DNA from: Bugula neritina
Taxonomy: Eukaryota; Animalia; Bryozoa
Direction of reading: 5' to 3'
Assembly: GCA_964035545.1 (NCBI GenBank)
Contig: OZ037767.1
Coordinates: forward strand, 10,922,581-10,986,580
DNA: 64,000 nucleotides
Shown here: in pieces, positions 1-16,977 of the stretch
How the letters are laid out: every line of letters starts with the position of its first letter
How positions within the stretch are numbered: the first letter of the stretch is position 1
Notes under the pieces: model-generated
Database searches by the model: none
The model's input: the letters and a program-made list of their open reading frames with translations, nothing else
What the model was told of the DNA's origin: nothing
Program-made: the position numbers and the translations under genes

Positions 1-61
1 TATACACCTCTAAAATGCAAAAGTAAAGAAAAATATGTTTTTATTAGATAATTATGTAAAA

Positions 62-170
62 TATTTCCTCCCACTGAGATTTGAGCTGCAGACCTCCGGC
101 TTGTAAGCTGGAGTTCTAACCATTACACCACCTGGGCTACAGGGTAATCTCAACACTATAAATTAAGATT
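62..170 (-). repeat. tRNA-like dispersed repeat (same family as 38110-40715)
   Basis: Minus strand reads GTGGTGTAATGGTTAG...CTTACAA...GAGGTCTGCAGCTCAAATCTC, i.e. degenerate A/B boxes. It shares the flank CTCAACACTA..AATTAAG with the copies near 38.4 and 40.7 kb. Confidence 0.6.
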
Positions 171-219
171 ACTAACAACTTATAAAGTGCATTCTTAGAA
201 ATGTTGAACACTTTTGTAG

Positions 220-2442
<2,223 letters not shown>

Positions 2443-4145
2443 AGAAACATTTCATCTTTATAACATTATTTGTCTTAATTATAACATAACCAAGATTTAT
2501 ACTTTCCAACTATTATTTCCTGTTTTTACTTATGCTTATTATTTATAAGTATTTTATTTCAAAAAATGGTCAACATATTTGAATTACCATATTCATGGCG
2601 ATTTAAATATACATAAGTATACATTGAAACAAATTCTTATTTCTAAAATTTCTGAAAATAGATGACTGACTATGAAATATGCCAAGCTCTTATAATAAAA
2701 CTAAAGACCTTGATAATATGATTATATATTAGACAGAATTTATATCTTATTACAAAATTTAGAAGTGGGGGGTAATATATCATTGCTGTTAAATCATTTA
2801 ATGTTAACTTTGTCCATGAAATGTTTGAAAGGAGAGAGTAAGTTAAATGTAACTCTTCAATCGGTCTTTAGGAAGAAATTAGCAAATATAAATGGCTGTA
2901 AATAATCATTTGTAATAATTATTGCAATTTCGACCCAAATAAATTTTGAAACTGAATTGTTTTTTAGTAATTTTCGTAGCATTATAATGATACATGCTCC
3001 AAAATTTACATTTTTGTTGAACACAAACAACACTATGCAAATTAATTGGTAAAATTTAGTGTTAGTGAGCTACTCTTTATAATGAGTTGTCTTTCCTTTT
3101 CTTACGGAATCATAGTATAGGTTTCTTTTTGCATATCAAACGTGGCAACTCTAAGTCTATTAAGCAACTTCAAAATAGGCCTAAGATTTAACTTAAAATT
3201 AGCTTTGTAAAACTAATCAGTAAATGTGTAATTCCTTAATGGAAATTTTAAAAAAACAAAATAATATGTATTATTTATAATAATTGCATATAAAATCCAT
3301 ATGCTCATGTTCAGTTATGCTAGTATAAGAATTTCTAATAGCTTTGTTCTGACAGTCTCATGATATTTGTGTTATAATTATATATGTAATAGTGCTTTGT
3401 GGTAATGCTATTAGTATCCGGAAGGGCCTGAGTGCTTTATAACCTCCCACAAGCAAGCACCAGTATAATTGTGTTATCACACACAGAGATATGTCATTGA
3501 GGGCCTGGCTGACTAATTGCAATAATTCTGTGATAATAATATTAAGGATTTATCTGCATGAGTTAATATATTTCAGTTATAACCCAAAAAATACTAGCTG
3601 CTCATGCATGGTTATCGATCCCCTATAACTTTATGAAGCTGCTTTTATTGTAAAAATTCAAATCTTACAATAACAGAGCAGGAAAATAAATTACCAGCAT
3701 TTTTACTCCCCTGATATAACAGATGCCTTTACTGTACAAAACCAATACACTTCATATCTAAATTAATAAGCACATAATTTGGCATTTTGCAATAATGCTT
3801 CAATCAAGTGAATAACAAAAATAAGTTTAAAGTCACATTTTAACGTAATAGTTCTTGACATTGATTATTTGTAAATCATTCCGTATTTATATGGATAAAG
3901 ATGCTTCTTATTGGTCAGAATAATATTGTGTAGACAACATTTCCCTTTCTATCTGTACTTTCTACTCACAAACCAAGAGAGAGCTTTGTTTATATACTTT
4001 TGAAGTTGAGAACTTAATGAAAATAATAAAAAACTTATATGACTAAAATATTAACAGACTCATGTGAAAGGTATAAATTAAAATATATTTTAATAACCTC
4101 ACAACATAAAATATAAGTTAACAAACGTTCAGAGTTCAGTGTGTT

Positions 4146-7100
4146 CTAAACAAACTTTCTTCTTAGCCTCAGATCAAACTTTGCAGTGTTACACATCTTC
4201 TCAAAGGCTTTGCCTAATGTACTTATAAACTGCCTGTTACTCCTAGCAAACCTGTCCACCTGTATTGAAAGAACATAGTCTATGCAGTAATTAAATCAGA
4301 TGCAATTATACTTGCTAATAAAATTGTTAGAAATTAAAATACACGATCATTGTGAGGAAGTACACCAGCTAGAAGTGATACATACAGGTACAACTATATC
4401 ACCTGCTGTGATATGTCAAACATACAGGTGCAACTATATCACCTGCTGTGACATGTCATACATACAAATATAACTATATCACCTGCTGTGACATGTCATA
4501 CATACAGGTACAACTATATCACCTGCCGTGACATGTCATGCATACAGGTAAAACATTTCACCTGCCGTGACATGTCATACATACAGGTACAACTATCACC
4601 AAATATACCCAAAAACCACTTGTTGCTAAATTAATAATCATAGTTGTTTGCTGTTAGAGACTCAACATTAGGTTTAGTTGGAGATTGGGTTATTTTCACT
4701 TATAGATGCAATATTAACGTGAAAGAGCACAATCAGCTGGCAAATTTATATGTTGGAGTAACTAGGAGAACTAAACCGTCATTTAAATAATAAATGTACT
4801 AATTAAACATGCTGCACATGTTTTGTTTTAGCAGGTAAAATATGTAATTCCTTTTAGAACATGTTTTACTTTGATTTGGGGCTGATTGTGACCCAGCCTT
4901 TACACACATGCTTTACTAGTTACTCAGGCTACAGGATATACAAGTATTGTACATACGATGCTAGCAGTGGATCTCGCACTAGAACATTCGTCAGACGGGG
5001 AGCAACTAGCTATTCTGTCATTTCCTGTAACGCTAAATCTGTGTTTGAGAATCATGTCAGCATGCAGCATCATCAAATTTCTCTCGTTTCTTGTTGTGCC
5101 ATTCCACTGGTGGGAACTGTCAAGAGACAACAACTCCAACTTTATCTATTTTGTTCCTTGTGTAAGTAAATATGGCTTATAGAATTACTTTAAATTATTG
5201 CTATTGTGTCAAAACTTGAACAATATTTGAAAGAGAATAATGATATATACCCTGCTTCAGGCATGAACTTCTGCTCCCAAGTCACCCTGTTCAATGCTTG
5301 GAAGTAGCCATTATCAAGGACCGTAGGGGTCAGGTCCCACACTCCTTGAAACCCCGAGTTAGTCAAATGAGCGCCGCCCAAGGAATGACATCCTAAATGT
5401 AAGCCTCAAGTTTACTGATATGCACATGAATCAGAAATTGTCTTTCCATTTCACAGGAGAAAGTAATAGACTTATTATTGCAATTAGTTTGAAAAGATTA
5501 AGATTTAACAACCAGAACATTTAAATGCAGTAATTGAGAAATTGAGATAGCCTAAATTCTTTAATGTCTTTACATAAATCTAGTTTGGGATGAATCTCAA
5601 ATTTTTTGTGAGAGCATAACTTCTTATGCTGCATTTCTATTATAGAACACATGCTTTTCTCTATTACTGCACCTACTTTAACTAAAGCCACTTTTCTAAT
5701 TAATTATTAATTTATTTCTGACAAGTGACAAGCCCCATAATAACACTTATGCATATACATAATATCTATTATCACACTATTTGCAATAATTAAACGCCCA
5801 AGAGGCCAAACTCACCCATTAGGGCAACCATTTCTGATGTTGAAAGTTTGAATGCTTGTTTTACATCCCGGTGTGGCGAGGCAATTTCGTCCCCTTTAGG
5901 GAAATGAGGCGTGGCTAGCGGTTTACTCGGATTTGCGCATGTCAGTCTGCCTGCTGTAAATGGTAGCTCAATCTGGCAGCATCTCACAACGTCACAGCGG
6001 TTTGAACTCTTCCCCACTGCTGCCTTCACTGCCTCATAGGCGCTGATCACTGCATAGTCAGCTAGGGTCGTCACGTTCTCCCACCTACTATGCATGCGTC
6101 GTAGCTCATTGTAGTGAGGTTCTAAACCTAAAAAGGATGTGTTTAGTATCTGTTTTAGAGATCAAATGGGACATAAAAAGTCACTAGTCGCAGCACATCT
6201 AAGTCTTTGTATCCACCAGAAACATGGCGGAAGGGTATGATACTCGACTGGTAATGAGAGAGAATGAGAGAACTTAATTGGATGGACTAGAGTTGGATTC
6301 TATTCATAATTATGCTAATTATAAATAAAGGAGCATTTAATTTATGCACTATTGCAGCAGATTTGCAGTTGGATTGCCCATATCAATAATTTTATGTATT
6401 TTTCTAAAATTTTGCTGTCACTTTTAAAAGTTATGCTAATAGACTTGTTTTCAATTTTTTTTACTGCCAGTTATTGTTTATATCTACTCAGAGGTGAATA
6501 ATGTGAGTGAAACTGTTTGCTGCCAGTAATCATTGCTGTGACAAGATCTATTTGTATGTATGCTTAAAGTCAGTCATTATTGAACAAACGCTGCAATTGC
6601 TAACTTCAAATATTATTACCTCCTATACAAAATTATATACTAGCTTCAAGTAAGGGTTACAAAATTGTTTCAAATTCAAAGAAATAAAAAAGGTAGAGTT
6701 GTTTGCACAGATACAGGTGAATTATGCTAATTAGTTGCAGAGTAGAACAAATTCACAGAAGTATGATAGTTGGTCAGAGCTCTAATTTTGTTTATCTGTT
6801 GCTAGGAAATGAGATGCTTAGACTGAAGATAATTACTGATCATGTTTCTATTGGCTGAAAACATATTGCTGCCCACAAGTTGTAGTGTAGCACTGAAAGT
6901 CAACCTTTTTCTAATCAGAATTTTAATCTGTGAACCATTAGCTTGGATTGTAGTTGGGAAATAGCAGTAAAAGTTGGCAAGCTCTTAGTGCTACCCACCT
7001 TTATTAGATGCATCCTTGAGATTGAGGCAGCCATCACAACCTCCTACACAGATATGAAAGCCCATCTGCACATATTTGGTAATCTTCTCATCCTGCAGTG

Positions 7101-7959
7101 TTACAGCCAAAAAATGTCACAAAACACCAGGAAACAAGTTTGAAACTGTATTTGTATTTTAACGGTTTTACGTATTTAGCTGTCACAACTTCAGGATATC
7201 CCATTTATTTATAATACAATCAATCCGGTGACATTCTTCTAGGATGTCACTAAAAACACACAAATTTTACGCTGTAACTTTGAATAATTTTCTCATTATG
7301 GGCCCCCATGTAAATTCTATGCTAGATCATGGTTAAAATATTTGAATAGACTGCCTACACAAAATTTGAATGTTACTTTAGAAATTTAAATTTGGTTTTT
7401 AGATTCAGGAGCAATAGTGAAGAGATTGAGATGGCTTAAGTTCTTTAATTTCCTTATTAAATTTTGGTTTGGAAGGAGGATTGAAATTCTTGTGAGAACA
7501 TAACTTCTTATGCTACATTTCTAATCTAGAACACAAGCTTTCCTCAATTTCTCTACTACCGCACCTACCTCCAATACTCACACTTTGATTGAAAAGTCGA
7601 GAAAACTCAGCTCTCATGGCTGCCAGATTTCTGGCGCTCAATGGCGCTAAATGGTCGGTTGGAGCTAGTGGCTGTGTGGTGGCTGCCTGACCTCGCCCTG
7701 CTGACTGTGTAGACGCTGCTTTGCCATCCAAAGTGGCTGCAAAAAGCTGCGAGTTTGGATCCAGTGGTGGAGTGACTACAAGTTGGGGGAGTCTAGTGGT
7801 GCTGCTCTGGTCAGACAGAGATCGTACTCTGAGAAATCTTGCCAAGAGGGCTCTAACGAAGGAGCTGGACTGACCACTGCCATTTCTTACAGCAACCGCC
7901 AGCAAAAGGCAAACAGGGAGCACAACCAGCCTTAGAAATCTAAAGTGTTTAGTATTCAT
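4146..7959 (-). CDS. Secreted heme peroxidase, peroxidase-catalase ('non-animal', APX/CcP/class III-like) superfamily, paralog 1
   Basis: Exons 7959-7582, 7092-6999, 6127-5816, 5392-5251, 5116-4957, 4259-4146 with matching phases. Signal peptide; distal motif VQMGFHICVGGCDGCLN; TLADYAV; LPFTAGR; proximal MVALMGCHSLGGAH; SGFQGVWDLTPTVLDNGYF; MMLHADMIL; ends FDLRLRRKFV*. Confidence 0.9.
4375..4600. repeat. 40-bp minisatellite (about 5.5 copies) in the last intron of peroxidase 1
   Basis: Unit CATACAGGTACAACTATATCACCTGCTGTGACATGTCATA repeated in tandem. Confidence 0.93.
5525..5676. mobile_element. About 150-170 bp palindromic MITE-like repeat, high-copy family
   Basis: Inverted ends GCAGTAAT.GAGAAATTGAGATAGCC ... 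TTTCTCTATTACTGCACCTAC. Related copies at about 7405-7568, 11530-11675, 14316-14470, 16704-16868, 18710-18855, 21675-21775, 23820-23915 and 59595-59660. Confidence 0.7.
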
Positions 7960-9227
7960 CACAGTAACAGAAGAATGGGAAATATCTTGAGGATCAACTT
8001 TTTGCTAATTTAAAGATGTGTTTTAAATTGAAAGTTTTTATGTAGCATATATATACCTAAATCTTTTTAATTTGAACCAAAAAAAGCGGTTTATACTAAA
8101 AGAATCATGAATACATTTTCTATAGTTATTAAAACAGTATTTGTTATATTTTAAACAAATACTTGAGAGTTGTGATGAAATTCCTGCTACAGACATAAAA
8201 TGAAACACGTCTGCTACCTGTCAATATTTCATGACACTAGACAGGACCAGAAGATTGAATGGTTCGGCAGATCTTAGTGTTGAAGCATGAGACATGCAAG
8301 CAATGACAGATCTCATATTTATAATTAAAATTTGAGAATAAATCTATTACTGAAATTTAATATTAAATGTTTTTCATATCAAAGATTGCAGAAAACAGCA
8401 TTTTTACCTATAACTCCTCTACTTACCATTTTTATAATTTAATTAAAATTTAGATATTTTTACGAGGTTCATCACTTGAAACTGAATATTGCCATCTTTT
8501 ATAGTACACAAAGCCATCAGCATTTTTTATAGGATTTTACTGGACAGTGATTTAGAAAATTGGTCATCAGTTTATCTATCAACCTAATCTAGTTATTTCA
8601 GATGTTTTTGTCTTAAAAACCCGTTTAATTCACTAAAATTCAAATTTGAAAAAATATATTGAATTTTGCTGTAAAGCAGAAGGTTGTAAATATCCACCTT
8701 CATGGTGTTTAACCTGTATTTAAATTTAGTTATAAATTAAGATAACTTATAATAAGTACAACTATCAGTTTGCAGTGCACAAGTCAGTTGGACTTAAACA
8801 TTATAGTACTAATTTCACTCCTATCTAGACAATACATACCAATATGAGTTTTACTATAAAGTTACGGTTAGCAATATTATACATACATTATATTTTTGTA
8901 AAAAGCTTATATAGTAAGTTTAATTTGGTGCATCATAATATATACAAATACTCTTTTTTTCAAAACGGACTAGTAAATTCAGTTAAATAATTTCTCATAA
9001 TAATTTCTGTCTACGAACTATGTATGAAGCCACCCTACTTCTGATTTGAATTGCAAGTTATTTTACAGATTGAAAATCTGTTTTTATAGATCTGCACAAA
9101 TAACTGCACCAAAATCAAACTTTCAAGAATAAAAGATAACTTTTCTGAAGATGTAGACCATATATTCATAACAATTAAAATTCGTTCAGCTTGCTGATAG
9201 CAAACATGAAGACTTAATCAAAACAAC

Positions 9228-9528
9228 TGTAGTATAAGGATAGTAGTATATAGAGGGTAGTAGTATATAGAGGGTAATAGTAGTATATAGAGGGTAGTAG
9301 TATATAGAGGGTAGTAGTATATAGAGGGTAGTAGTATATAGAGGATAGTAGTATATAGAGGGTAATAGTAGTATATAGAGGGTAGTAGTATATAGAGGGT
9401 AGTAGTATATAGAGGGTAGTAGTATATAGAGGGTAATAGTATAAGGAGGATAGTAGTATATAGAGGGCAGTATTATATAGAGGATAGTATATAGAGGGTA
9501 GCAATATAATATAGTAGTAGTAGTAGTA
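9228..9528. repeat. 18-21 bp minisatellite (GTAGTAGTATATAGAGG)n
   Basis: Tandem array visible directly; source of the spurious ORF 9214-9504. Confidence 0.93.
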
Positions 9529-9821
9529 GATGGTCTTACCTCATAGCTACGAACTTTGACCTACACGAAGAACAGTGCACCAAGCTTACCCAAACCTGAC
9601 TGAAACCAAACTGAAATTGCAAACATGTTTTACTCCAAGAAGGGAGGGGCCTGGAAAGGAAAATATAATTATAGCAGATCTTTAAAAGGCATTATTCAGT
9701 GACAGAATCTTGCCAGTTGATGAACACAAATGCTGAAAGTTCTGATGGCTTATTTGCATAAATTATTTTGTTTAATTATGCAAAGATTTCCAACACTGCA
9801 GAGTTGACGTCTGTACCAGAC

Positions 9822-10519
9822 ACATTCACGGGCTTTCCATGTACCGATCTCAGATTGATCTCGCTGAGATCGATCTGAAACATGTGCTCAGATCGATCGT
9901 TTTTCCATGAGAGTGTCAGATCGATCTCGCGAAGTTGCCCCCTCTTAAGTGAAGGATACTTTAAAAGTATAATTTGTTCACCTATTTGAGTGATTAAAGC
10001 TTCTACTGTTGAAAACAAGATGGTTGTAGTCTAAAATTTAATCCCAGCTATAAACTATACGCAACAAAGCTTTCAGTGTATAGTAATTTGGCCAATTTAA
10101 AATAATTAATGATAATTTTTTAGCTTGACAGCTTATATAAAATTAATGGCTGTCTTGCAGATTATTAATAAACTTACAGGACTGTTAGGCTTAAAATTAC
10201 AAAGAAAATAGCTAATGAAACTGAGTTTTAATAGTCATTTAAATTCAATTTAAATTCTCCCATTTTTTCACCTTCTACTGCATATAATTGAGTTTTCTTA
10301 ACCGTTGTACTGAAAGTCAAAGTTTTGGCATCTGAAAAGGTGGCTATCGTAATTATTTAATACTTTGCTTAGTAATTATCAATAAGTTATCATTTTTATT
10401 AGCAGACAACAATGTAGCGAGCAGTCTTTTTCTACTTCTCAGATCGATCTGGCGTCTTTTCAATGGTCTTATTGACATGAGATCGATCTGAGATCGGTAC
10501 ATGGAAAGCCGGTGATTGT
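9822..10519. mobile_element. Non-autonomous DNA transposon (MITE), about 700 bp
   Basis: About 40-bp terminal inverted repeats (CAC.GGCTTTCCATGTACCGATCTCAGAT.GATCTC ... GAGATCGATCTGAGATCGGTACATGGAAAGCCGGTG) with subterminal AGATCGATCT palindromes; no coding capacity. Confidence 0.8.
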
Positions 10520-13500
10520 AAATGGTGAAATGCAGCATAGGTCAGGAGGTTCAAAGGTCACATTTTACTCCAAACTAGTCTGACTTATCAACAGCTTTGT
10601 CCATCAGAAATAGCTTTGTGTACAGCTATATTATAGTGCTCAAATCTATGGTATAATCTTTCTAGTTTATATATTACATGGTGCTATGGTTGAAAGTGCA
10701 TATTTCATAATATTTTAATCTAATATATGGCCATATATACATGAAAAGTATATATGGAGTTTTAAATTAACTGGTCAAATAATTACCATATTATATGCCA
10801 TAATTAGGCAGATGTGATACTCAAACACACCTTGCCAAGAAAATGGAAGTTATTTCCTCAGCCAGGTTGCAGAAGACACTAATGACAGCCTAACCCTTCC
10901 AGTGCAAAACATGGAACACATTGGCTATTGGCCCTAACACTTTACGCAACTGACATAACCCTTACCCTTAGAGTTGCGTAATTTTATGGTTCGTTTGAAT
11001 TTACCGTGAAATTTTGCAACAACTTTTATTTTTATTATTACAAATTTACACCAGATTTTGGCTTCAAATAAATTAGATATTATAATTTTAAGAGTATTTT
11101 CTATTATAAAAAGTTTTTTAAAGTGACAGGAGATCGAAATTCTAGCTAAAATCAGTCACTTTAATTTGACCTCTCAAAACCGCCATTTAAAAATTGAAAA
11201 ATCGAAATGATAAAATAAATTCATAATATGATTCAAAATATTGTGACTTTAACATTTTTGTTTATTTAGATGTTCATCTAAATATAATCTGAATAAAATA
11301 AACTGGCTCCATGTAATTTGACAGCAGTTTGTTGCATTTGAAAGTAGCAACTGACTATAACTAAACACTCTATGCCCATAACTGCCCAGACTGCCCATAA
11401 CAATAAGCTTACAACTGACTATTATATTTGAAGATAATATTATTTTATGTTTCAGCTATACCAAGGACAGACAATTTCTCTGTGACAATTTTATGGCATA
11501 AAATTCCGTTGTAATTTTGCCAAACTTTCAGGTAGGTAATGAAGAAATTAAGAAAGACTATGTTTTAGATTAGAAATGTGGCAAAATAATGATAAGAAAA
11601 TTTCAACCTGCACCTTAGATCAAAATTGAGAAAATTAAAAAACTTAGGCTGTTGAAATTTCTCCTCTACAGCAACTAAATGACTTTTATGCTGCTAATAT
11701 AACAATTTTTTTTTCAAGATGGAAAATTTTCATTTATAATTAAACCCTTGATTTAATGCAAAACAATAAATTCCCTGTGTTGGCAGAGGACAACTCTTGT
11801 AACACTACAAGGTAGAGAGGAGACAATCCCTTTAGCAAGCTGCTGTAAGATGTATGTAAGCCACAAGCTGAATAAGCATCATAGAGCAAAGGAGGTGTCT
11901 AACAACATTACTAAGAGACACCATCTTGGTTCTATAAAGTCTATCAGCTGATTCCCTCCGGTTTTGATGATGACATGTGGAAGCTAGCAGAAAACTATCA
12001 GTTATCAATTACTTATTATTGCTATTTTTATATAGAATATAACTTTATAAAAGTATAGAAAATAATCTTTTAGATGTTGTATATAATTAAAATTATGATT
12101 AAATTCTTATTTATGATATTCAATGATGTGTTGGACGTTAAATATTACTATGATAGTGGATGAGTTAGATATTGTAAAATTCTTTCTATAGAACAAAAAC
12201 CTTTCAACCTCTACAAGTTTGAAATACAACATATATATGTAATCTGTAGTCAGCATAGAGAGTTCATTAGTATTTAAGAACCAACAAAACGTCTTCGTAT
12301 TGCAATAGAGATGCTTTATGGGTTCTATAAATACCAACGAATCATGACACTTCTGAGTCAGTAAGTGCATATGATTGGCTAAGTAACTGCAAGTTGTGAA
12401 ATGTTGGCAGGTTCAACAAGTGCCCTATTCCAGCACCCATTTTGATTTACTCAATTTTTTTGACATCAACAATTTAACTTAGCATCAAAATTTATTCCAA
12501 ATCAAAGATGTGAATTCAATATAAGCAATACAATCGGTGCTAAGTAAGAGTAATAGATAAAAAAGTACAAAAAGCACAAACTAACATTTTCAACTATAGT
12601 AAGAAATCAAATGTATCAGCAATTTGCTTTTAGAAAGTGATGAACAAAATATGGTTCCTAACTATATTATATATTAAGTTTTTGATATGCTAATACTAAA
12701 GTTGTTATGGTGTGGGTCCAAATAATTACAGTATTGAGGTAGAGGTTGTAACAACTTATATTGGTTTTATTAGTTAGGTATTTCAAGTTCCAACCATTAA
12801 GCAACATCTAGGCAAGTAAAAGGATGGTGGGTAAGAGGTGAGTGGTACAGTAATAACAAAATTGAAGTAGCCTGCACTCTAAAACCAGAAGAACTTGAAG
12901 AACCTAGGCTATACAAATGCAATGCTTAGGTGTAGGGTACATTGCACCTAAATGTAATTTTAGGGACTCCAGATGCAGTAAAAGTATTTTTAGTAGAAGT
13001 CTAAGTTTTCTAATTGAAATTATTAGTGAATTAGGTAGTTAAGCAGCATATTATTATAATTATCAGATAACATACAAAACAAGTAGGAATATGGTAAATG
13101 CTTGCTTGGAAAATATAGCAAATAATTCCATAAATCGTGTGCTGGCATACAGCTATAGGGCATGGTTACAAAATTAAACACCGATGCTGATATAGTGGCC
13201 GAAATTTTAATACTCCCTGAAGTTTGAATAAAAGTACTGAGTTACCTTTAATGCAGCAGAGCTATGAGTGATGTGAAGTGCCTACCAGAAGCTCATGAGA
13301 TTCTTCCATTAACAGCAGCCTTTTCCTGGTTTCTTATATGAATTCCTTCCAATTAGCAGTACTCGTATTATCATGGAGAAAAAGCCACTATGTCTTGTCA
13401 AGATGTAAGCTTTACCTTCTCTAGCCACTATCCATTCAGACAGTAGAAGTGGTGCTACTGCATCCTCTACTACCACTTAGATTAGGGCTGAGATAGCTGT

Positions 13501-16500
13501 GGTCTCCCTTTTATATGCTAACTATATTTAAAGCCCTTCTTGAAAGAATGCTATTACATAATACCAAAAGCCAACCATTATTCTGAACATAGAGTTTTAG
13601 GTAGCCGATAGCTGGTTTTGGTTGTTCCTTACATTGTATTTGGTTTGGCATGCATGTTAAGGCTATGTCCATTCTAAAAGCTGCAAATATGTCGGTTTTG
13701 AAACAAAAGACTTACAGAAGTTGATTGCTCTATAAGAATGACTCTAGTTTAGGCCTTAGGGGTTTGGGGTTTGGGGGTTTTAAGTTTGGAGTTTGCTTGG
13801 AGCTGCTTAGAGAACAACTCTACTAAAGAAGCTGCAGAGTTACACAGTTTTTGAAAGTTAGGAACTCATGCTAAGTGAAAAGCTCCTGCCAAAGTTGCGA
13901 ATTATTCTACTTAGATTATTTTATTAGTTAGTTATTTCAAACCCTTGCTGTTAGATCATGCATTACCCAACTTCATAATAACTAATATTGTAAATATGTT
14001 CTGTCCTAAGCCTACACCGGGAATAAACCAGATATACAGGTAGTTTAAAGAATATTTGTAGCATGTGAATTTGTTTATTTATAATGAAATAAAGCAATCA
14101 CACCCCAGACACTAAATCAAAAGTTAAAAACTTAAGCTAAACAGAAGTAGCTAACATAAAAGTCTATCCAACCATATTTTACTAGGTACTATTATAACAT
14201 ATGTAATAAATAGTATATAATAGCGTATAATAAATGACACAACATTATTATATTGCTATTTGATAAGTTCTTGCTATTATTCTGCTAACCTTTGGTCTCA
14301 ACAGGTTAGCGCTGAGGTAGGTGAAGTAATGGAGAAGTTAAGAAAAGTATGTGTCTTAGATTAGAAATGTAGCGAAAGAAGTTGTGATCCCACAACAATT
14401 TCAAACCAAAATTTATTAAGAATATCCATTATAGAACTTATGGTGCTCAAATTCCTCCCCAACTGCACTTAAAAGGGAAGTCTATGACAGATTCTGCACA
14501 TCCAATGACGTATATATTTTCAGCTTTCCACCCTTTTGATGGTACTAGCCTGCTTATCTATTTCAGCTGTTCTAGCTATGTTCTGGTTATATATTTAAAG
14601 AGATAAATAAGTCATAGATTTGGTAGAATGACATCATCTTACTGAATTTGTCATGTAGCATCATGTTTCCTGCTACGCTTGGACTTGAGGAAATTTTTTG
14701 CAGATTTACTACAAAGGATAATTGAATCTAAAAATAAAGACTACAGATTTCTGCCAAAATTAGCTGTTGAAAGATACAGGAATTAGCTGTATAATGAACA
14801 TAAAGTTGCTGTCTAATGTATGGAAACAAAGTGCATTGAAACAAAATAGTTGCTTAAAGCTGCTAAACATAATTTTACATTTGGAGAAATATTATTCAGG
14901 CTCCAATAAAACTTTATGAGTTCAAATATCTATAATATAACAGTTATCTATCTTTGCCATATATAATAATATATCTAATTAATACCCAAGTTATACTAAT
15001 TTTGAGTTATAATCTAGAAATAAGATACTTGTAGAAATTGATAGCATCTGTCTCATATTGTAGTGTTATGCTAATGATTCATTTTATTAACAAGTTTGTT
15101 TACCACTGATATGTAGGTTGTGCTTAGCTTTAGTATAGAATTTTCATTTGGTGATGTTTTAAAGAGCTGAAAAAGATACGTCTGACAAAACTATTCTACA
15201 AATACTCCACTATCTTTGAGGAATTTGCAGAAAGGAAAATATTTTCTAGTTATTAACATGTTCTAACAGATTGCACCAAGTTAAGATTTGCGATCTTTTG
15301 TTCTGATATCTGTCAGGGCAAATTAATCCAAAAACCCAACAAAGAATAATAACAGTTTGGCAGCTTACTATTAGCTTAGTATTTGTGTAGCAATATCTGC
15401 TGAAATAGCCAAAACCGATTGCACGACAATTAGAGTAATAATAATTATTACATAACACGAATTTACAGAGAAGTTTTAATGCAAAGACTAAATATTATTA
15501 TCTAGTTTGAGGTTAACACAGCAACATTGTTATTAAAAAGTCTTCGTGTTGCTTAGTGAGCAACGTTGGACCTGCACAGAGATTTGGCAGAAGACTCTTG
15601 CATCAGCCAGCAACAATCTAATCTGTGTGGTCAGAGGCTGTCACTATGTTTACTATGTAGTTGACAAGTTGATGGCACCGTGACTGCTTATGTAAGGTGC
15701 CCCCTTGTGTTTACTAGTTCCGCAGGCCATAGGTGTAATATTTGTAGCTTGAGCTTGCAAATTGTAGCTTTACTTTGCATAAAATTTCTTCCGTGTTACC
15801 TAGTTCTGCTAGAACTGATGCTATTAAAAAATGTTGCAGGTCTGCACCTACCCCCCCCCCACACCATTATACAGGTGTCTCTAACGTTATAGAAATATAC
15901 AATTGTTTAATAACAGCTCCCTTTAAATCTTTTTCAAACAAAAATTGAAGACTTATAGCAAGTGGTTGGCACCTTCAAGTAAAGTAAATATTTTCAACAA
16001 ATTAAGTTTGTAAAGATCATCAAGCTTCATATAAACAATTCACAGTAGCCAGCTATAAAATACTGATATATTGGAAACCTATTCATTTCAAACTTTGATA
16101 ACAAAAATAGCATTAAAACTGATGCTTTTTGCAGTTTATACAAAGTTGACATCTTTATTGCTAACCCACACAATATAAGAGATAAATTTAGTCAGCTATA
16201 GCTCATCAGGTGTGAAACCCACTCACTTCCATCTGCAACTAGCCACCTGAGTGAAGACATTTTCCCTTAGCTCAATTTCATTGTTTTGCTATTTTGAGTT
16301 TGGAGCACCTTTGCTATATTTTGCCACCAGACAGTTTGTGATCACGCTTATAGTATTCACCAGAGCTAAGGATATTTAAACTTGTCACCAACTAGCATTT
16401 TTTTAACAAAGTTAACCACATTTAAGAAAGCACAAGCTGTAGTATTTTTACCTTTATTTTCCCAAAAGAAACGTTTGCAAAAACCCGTAAACTACAAACT

Positions 16501-16703
16501 TTATAAATGAACTTGTAATTGTCTACAACCAGTTGATGCACTAAAAGCATGCATACAATGACTGGTAAGTGTATATAACAAACATCACATATAATACAGA
16601 GAAAGAGTTTGGCACAGTTAGGAATAAGAGTATATAGCATAATACTCAGAATATATACAGAAAGCTACATAATATACAGTGGCGCAGCCCTATCCAGTAG
16701 CGA

Positions 16704-16868
16704 AGTATGTGCAGTAATGGATAAATTGAGAAAAGCCTGTGTTCTGGATTGGAAATGCAGCAAAAGAGGTTATATTCTCACAAAAATTTTAACTCTCGCC
16801 CCAAACCAAAATCTATAAAGAATTTTAAAGACCTTAGGCTATCTCAATTTCTTCACTTCTGCACCTAA
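16704..16868. mobile_element. Palindromic MITE-like repeat copy just downstream of peroxidase 2
   Basis: GTGCAGTAATGGATAAATTGAGAAAAGCCT ... AGGCTATCTCAATTTCTTCACTTCTGCACC imperfect inverted ends. Confidence 0.7.
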
Positions 16869-16977
16869 GTTGATTCAGTGGCTCAGTTCTACACAGTGTC
16901 ACAGCTCTATACAGTCAATAGAGTTCATGACTTGAGCTGCTATGACCTTGTTGCACTGCTGTCGTTAAAACTATAGA

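Noticed and set aside
4375-4600. Regular 40-bp repeats resembling a CRISPR array
   Set aside because: No unique spacers, no cas genes, and a eukaryotic intronic context.
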